The notes under the pieces: model-generated
What the model saw: the letters and a program-made list of their open reading frames with translations, nothing else
Database searches by the model: none
What the model was told of the DNA's origin: nothing
Part shown: piece by piece, positions 30,843-32,000 of the stretch
Numbering within the stretch: position 1 is the first letter of the stretch
Layout: every line of letters begins with the position of its first letter
Assembly: GCF_000015805.1 (NCBI RefSeq)
Contig: NC_009073.1
Span: 90,001 to 122,000 of the forward strand
Source: Pyrobaculum calidifontis JCM 11548
Lineage (GTDB): Archaea; Thermoproteota; Thermoprotei; Thermoproteales; Thermoproteaceae
Direction of reading: 5' to 3'
Length of the DNA: 32,000 nt
Translations under genes and position numbers: made by a program

Positions 30843-31369
30843 AGCAGATAGCTGTAGCCATCCACAGCGGCCGCGTAGAGGGGCTGGGCGAAAAGGCCGC
30901 AAAGTTCGTAGACGCCCTCGCCGAGGCGTGTCCAGACGCCGTACTGCTCGTCGGAGGATACTGGGGCCATATGGTAGACGTGGTAGACGCGGCGCTGAGG
31001 AGGGGGCTTAGGGTGGTGGTCTTCCTGCCCATGGAGAGGGAAGACGTGGCGCTCCCAAAGGGCGTAATAGTGGTTAGGACGGGTTGCGAGTTCCGGTGTA
31101 GGTCGGTTCAAATGGTGAGGTCTGCCGACGCGGTGGCAGTCCTCGGCGGCGGCGTTGGGACCATGATTGAGGCGCTCATGGCTTACGCCATGGGCAAGCC
31201 GCTCTTTGTCCTCGTCGGCACTGGCGCTTACAGCGATAGGTTGCGGGAGGCCTACCCGCGGCACTTCGACGAGAGAAAGGCCGTGGACGTGGTGTACGTA
31301 GAGAGCCCAGAGGAGCTGGCCCGGGCGGTCTGCGCGGCGGGGCCCGGCGTGGCGGCGAAATTTGGCTAA
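30839..31369 (+). CDS. TIGR00725 / LOG-like (SLOG Rossmann) family protein
   Basis: 176 aa. IAVAIHSG...LLVGGYWGHM...ADAVAVLGGGVGTMIEALMAYAMGKPLFVL. GTG 30839 overlaps the moaB stop (GTGA). Confidence 0.7.
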   Translation: MKQIAVAIHSGRVEGLGEKAAKFVDALAEACPDAVLLVGGYWGHMVDVVDAALRRGLRVVVFLPMEREDVALPKGVIVVRTGCEFRCRSVQMVRSADAVAVLGGGVGTMIEALMAYAMGKPLFVLVGTGAYSDRLREAYPRHFDERKAVDVVYVESPEELARAVCAAGPGVAAKFG

Positions 31370-31998
31370 ACGCCGCCGTGAGCCATGGCGAAGGCGATAA
31401 AGTTCTGTGTAAAATGTATCAACACGGAGGAGATTAGACCGTGTTTGTGGTATGCGTAAGCCAGCGCGAGGGAGATGACGAAGATGGGGAGGGCGCCGAG
31501 CCCTGGGCTGTGGAGCACTGCGAATAGCGCCGAGGACACGAGGTAGGCCGCGACTGTGCCGACCTTTCTTTTCACTTCCTCAAAGAGCATGCCGCGGAAG
31601 AGGGTCTCTTCCACCAGCGGTGCAAGGATAAGGGCTTGCGCTCCGACTGCAACAGTCCCGAGGGGACATGTGGCAGCTCTTGCGAAGAACTCGGCTTGTG
31701 CCCTCTGTAGCCGCTGGAATTCGGCCCCTATCGGCGGTATTGCGGCGATTAGTCCCGCGGCTATGAGGGCTAAGAAGTAAGCGGCGAAAGCAAGCGGGAA
31801 AGCTCTGCTTAACCTCCATTGGGTGAGTAGTCCAGCGGGAAGGAACGCGGCGTAGATCACTGCGCCTATGTAGAGGCCTAGGCAGATCGGCGGCTTGGCA
31901 AAGTACATGGCGAAGACGGCCGCCGTGAAGGCCAGCGGGATTGCCCACCGCAGTCGTAATACTTGGCTAACTCTTGCATCGTTTTTTAAGGTGGACAC
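31366..31998 (-). CDS. CPBP-family intramembrane glutamic endopeptidase (CAAX protease/Abi)
   Basis: Motifs PLVEETLFRG, FAVLHS and HFTQN in a polytopic membrane protein. GTG 31998 is 2 nt from the window edge, so the true start could lie outside. Confidence 0.8.
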   Translation of the reverse strand: MSTLKNDARVSQVLRLRWAIPLAFTAAVFAMYFAKPPICLGLYIGAVIYAAFLPAGLLTQWRLSRAFPLAFAAYFLALIAAGLIAAIPPIGAEFQRLQRAQAEFFARAATCPLGTVAVGAQALILAPLVEETLFRGMLFEEVKRKVGTVAAYLVSSALFAVLHSPGLGALPIFVISLALAYAYHKHGLISSVLIHFTQNFIAFAMAHGGV

Positions 31999-32000
31999 TA

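Noticed and set aside
1-32000. Search by eye for tRNA T-loop motifs (GGTTCRAATCC-like), rRNA, CRISPR repeats and transposase/integrase genes
   Set aside because: None were found. The only GGTTCAAAC (5033-5041) has no flanking complementary stem and lies inside the copy-A membrane-protein reading frame.

Overview
GC-rich archaeal chromosome segment, most likely from a Pyrobaculum/Thermoproteaceae-type crenarchaeon. Support: PaREP1-family genes, TiaS, class V fructose-1,6-bisphosphate aldolase/phosphatase, a two-subunit 2-oxoacid:ferredoxin oxidoreductase, and start codons about 19-26 nt downstream of TATA-like boxes (leaderless-mRNA architecture). The right part (14.3-32 kb) is mostly core metabolism: YkgJ-type Cys-cluster protein, OFOR alpha/beta, MarC-family membrane protein, FBP aldolase/phosphatase, GNAT, a carA-carB-RimK/LysX-like operon, PaREP1, an AIR-synthase-related protein, an aminotransferase-like protein, DUF99, a PotD-like binding protein, MoaB, a TIGR00725/LOG-like protein and a CPBP protease. 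The left part (0.2-14.3 kb) looks accessory. It holds a large beta-propeller surface protein, a broken PaREP1, two paralogous coiled-coil + PD-(D/E)XK-like genes (one with an expanded ATKEDL repeat, one frameshifted), TiaS, and a BtuF-like binding protein without a signal peptide. It also holds a tandemly duplicated cassette of an unrecognised polytopic membrane protein plus a type-IV-pilin-like small protein. I found no rRNA, tRNA, CRISPR array or transposase. Main points for follow-up: (1) the duplicated membrane-protein/pilin-like cassette, with both large genes disrupted in different ways; (2) six frame disruptions that all need a net +1 nt correction, four of them at short mononucleotide runs or a (GA)5 tract, including the 5' end of carA; (3) a 1.37-kb ORF-poor interval with at least one good C/D box sRNA candidate; (4) an aminotransferase-fold protein lacking the PLP lysine, with a 5' region interdigitated with the AIR-synthase-related gene. 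All family assignments rest on motif recognition by eye; no database search was possible.
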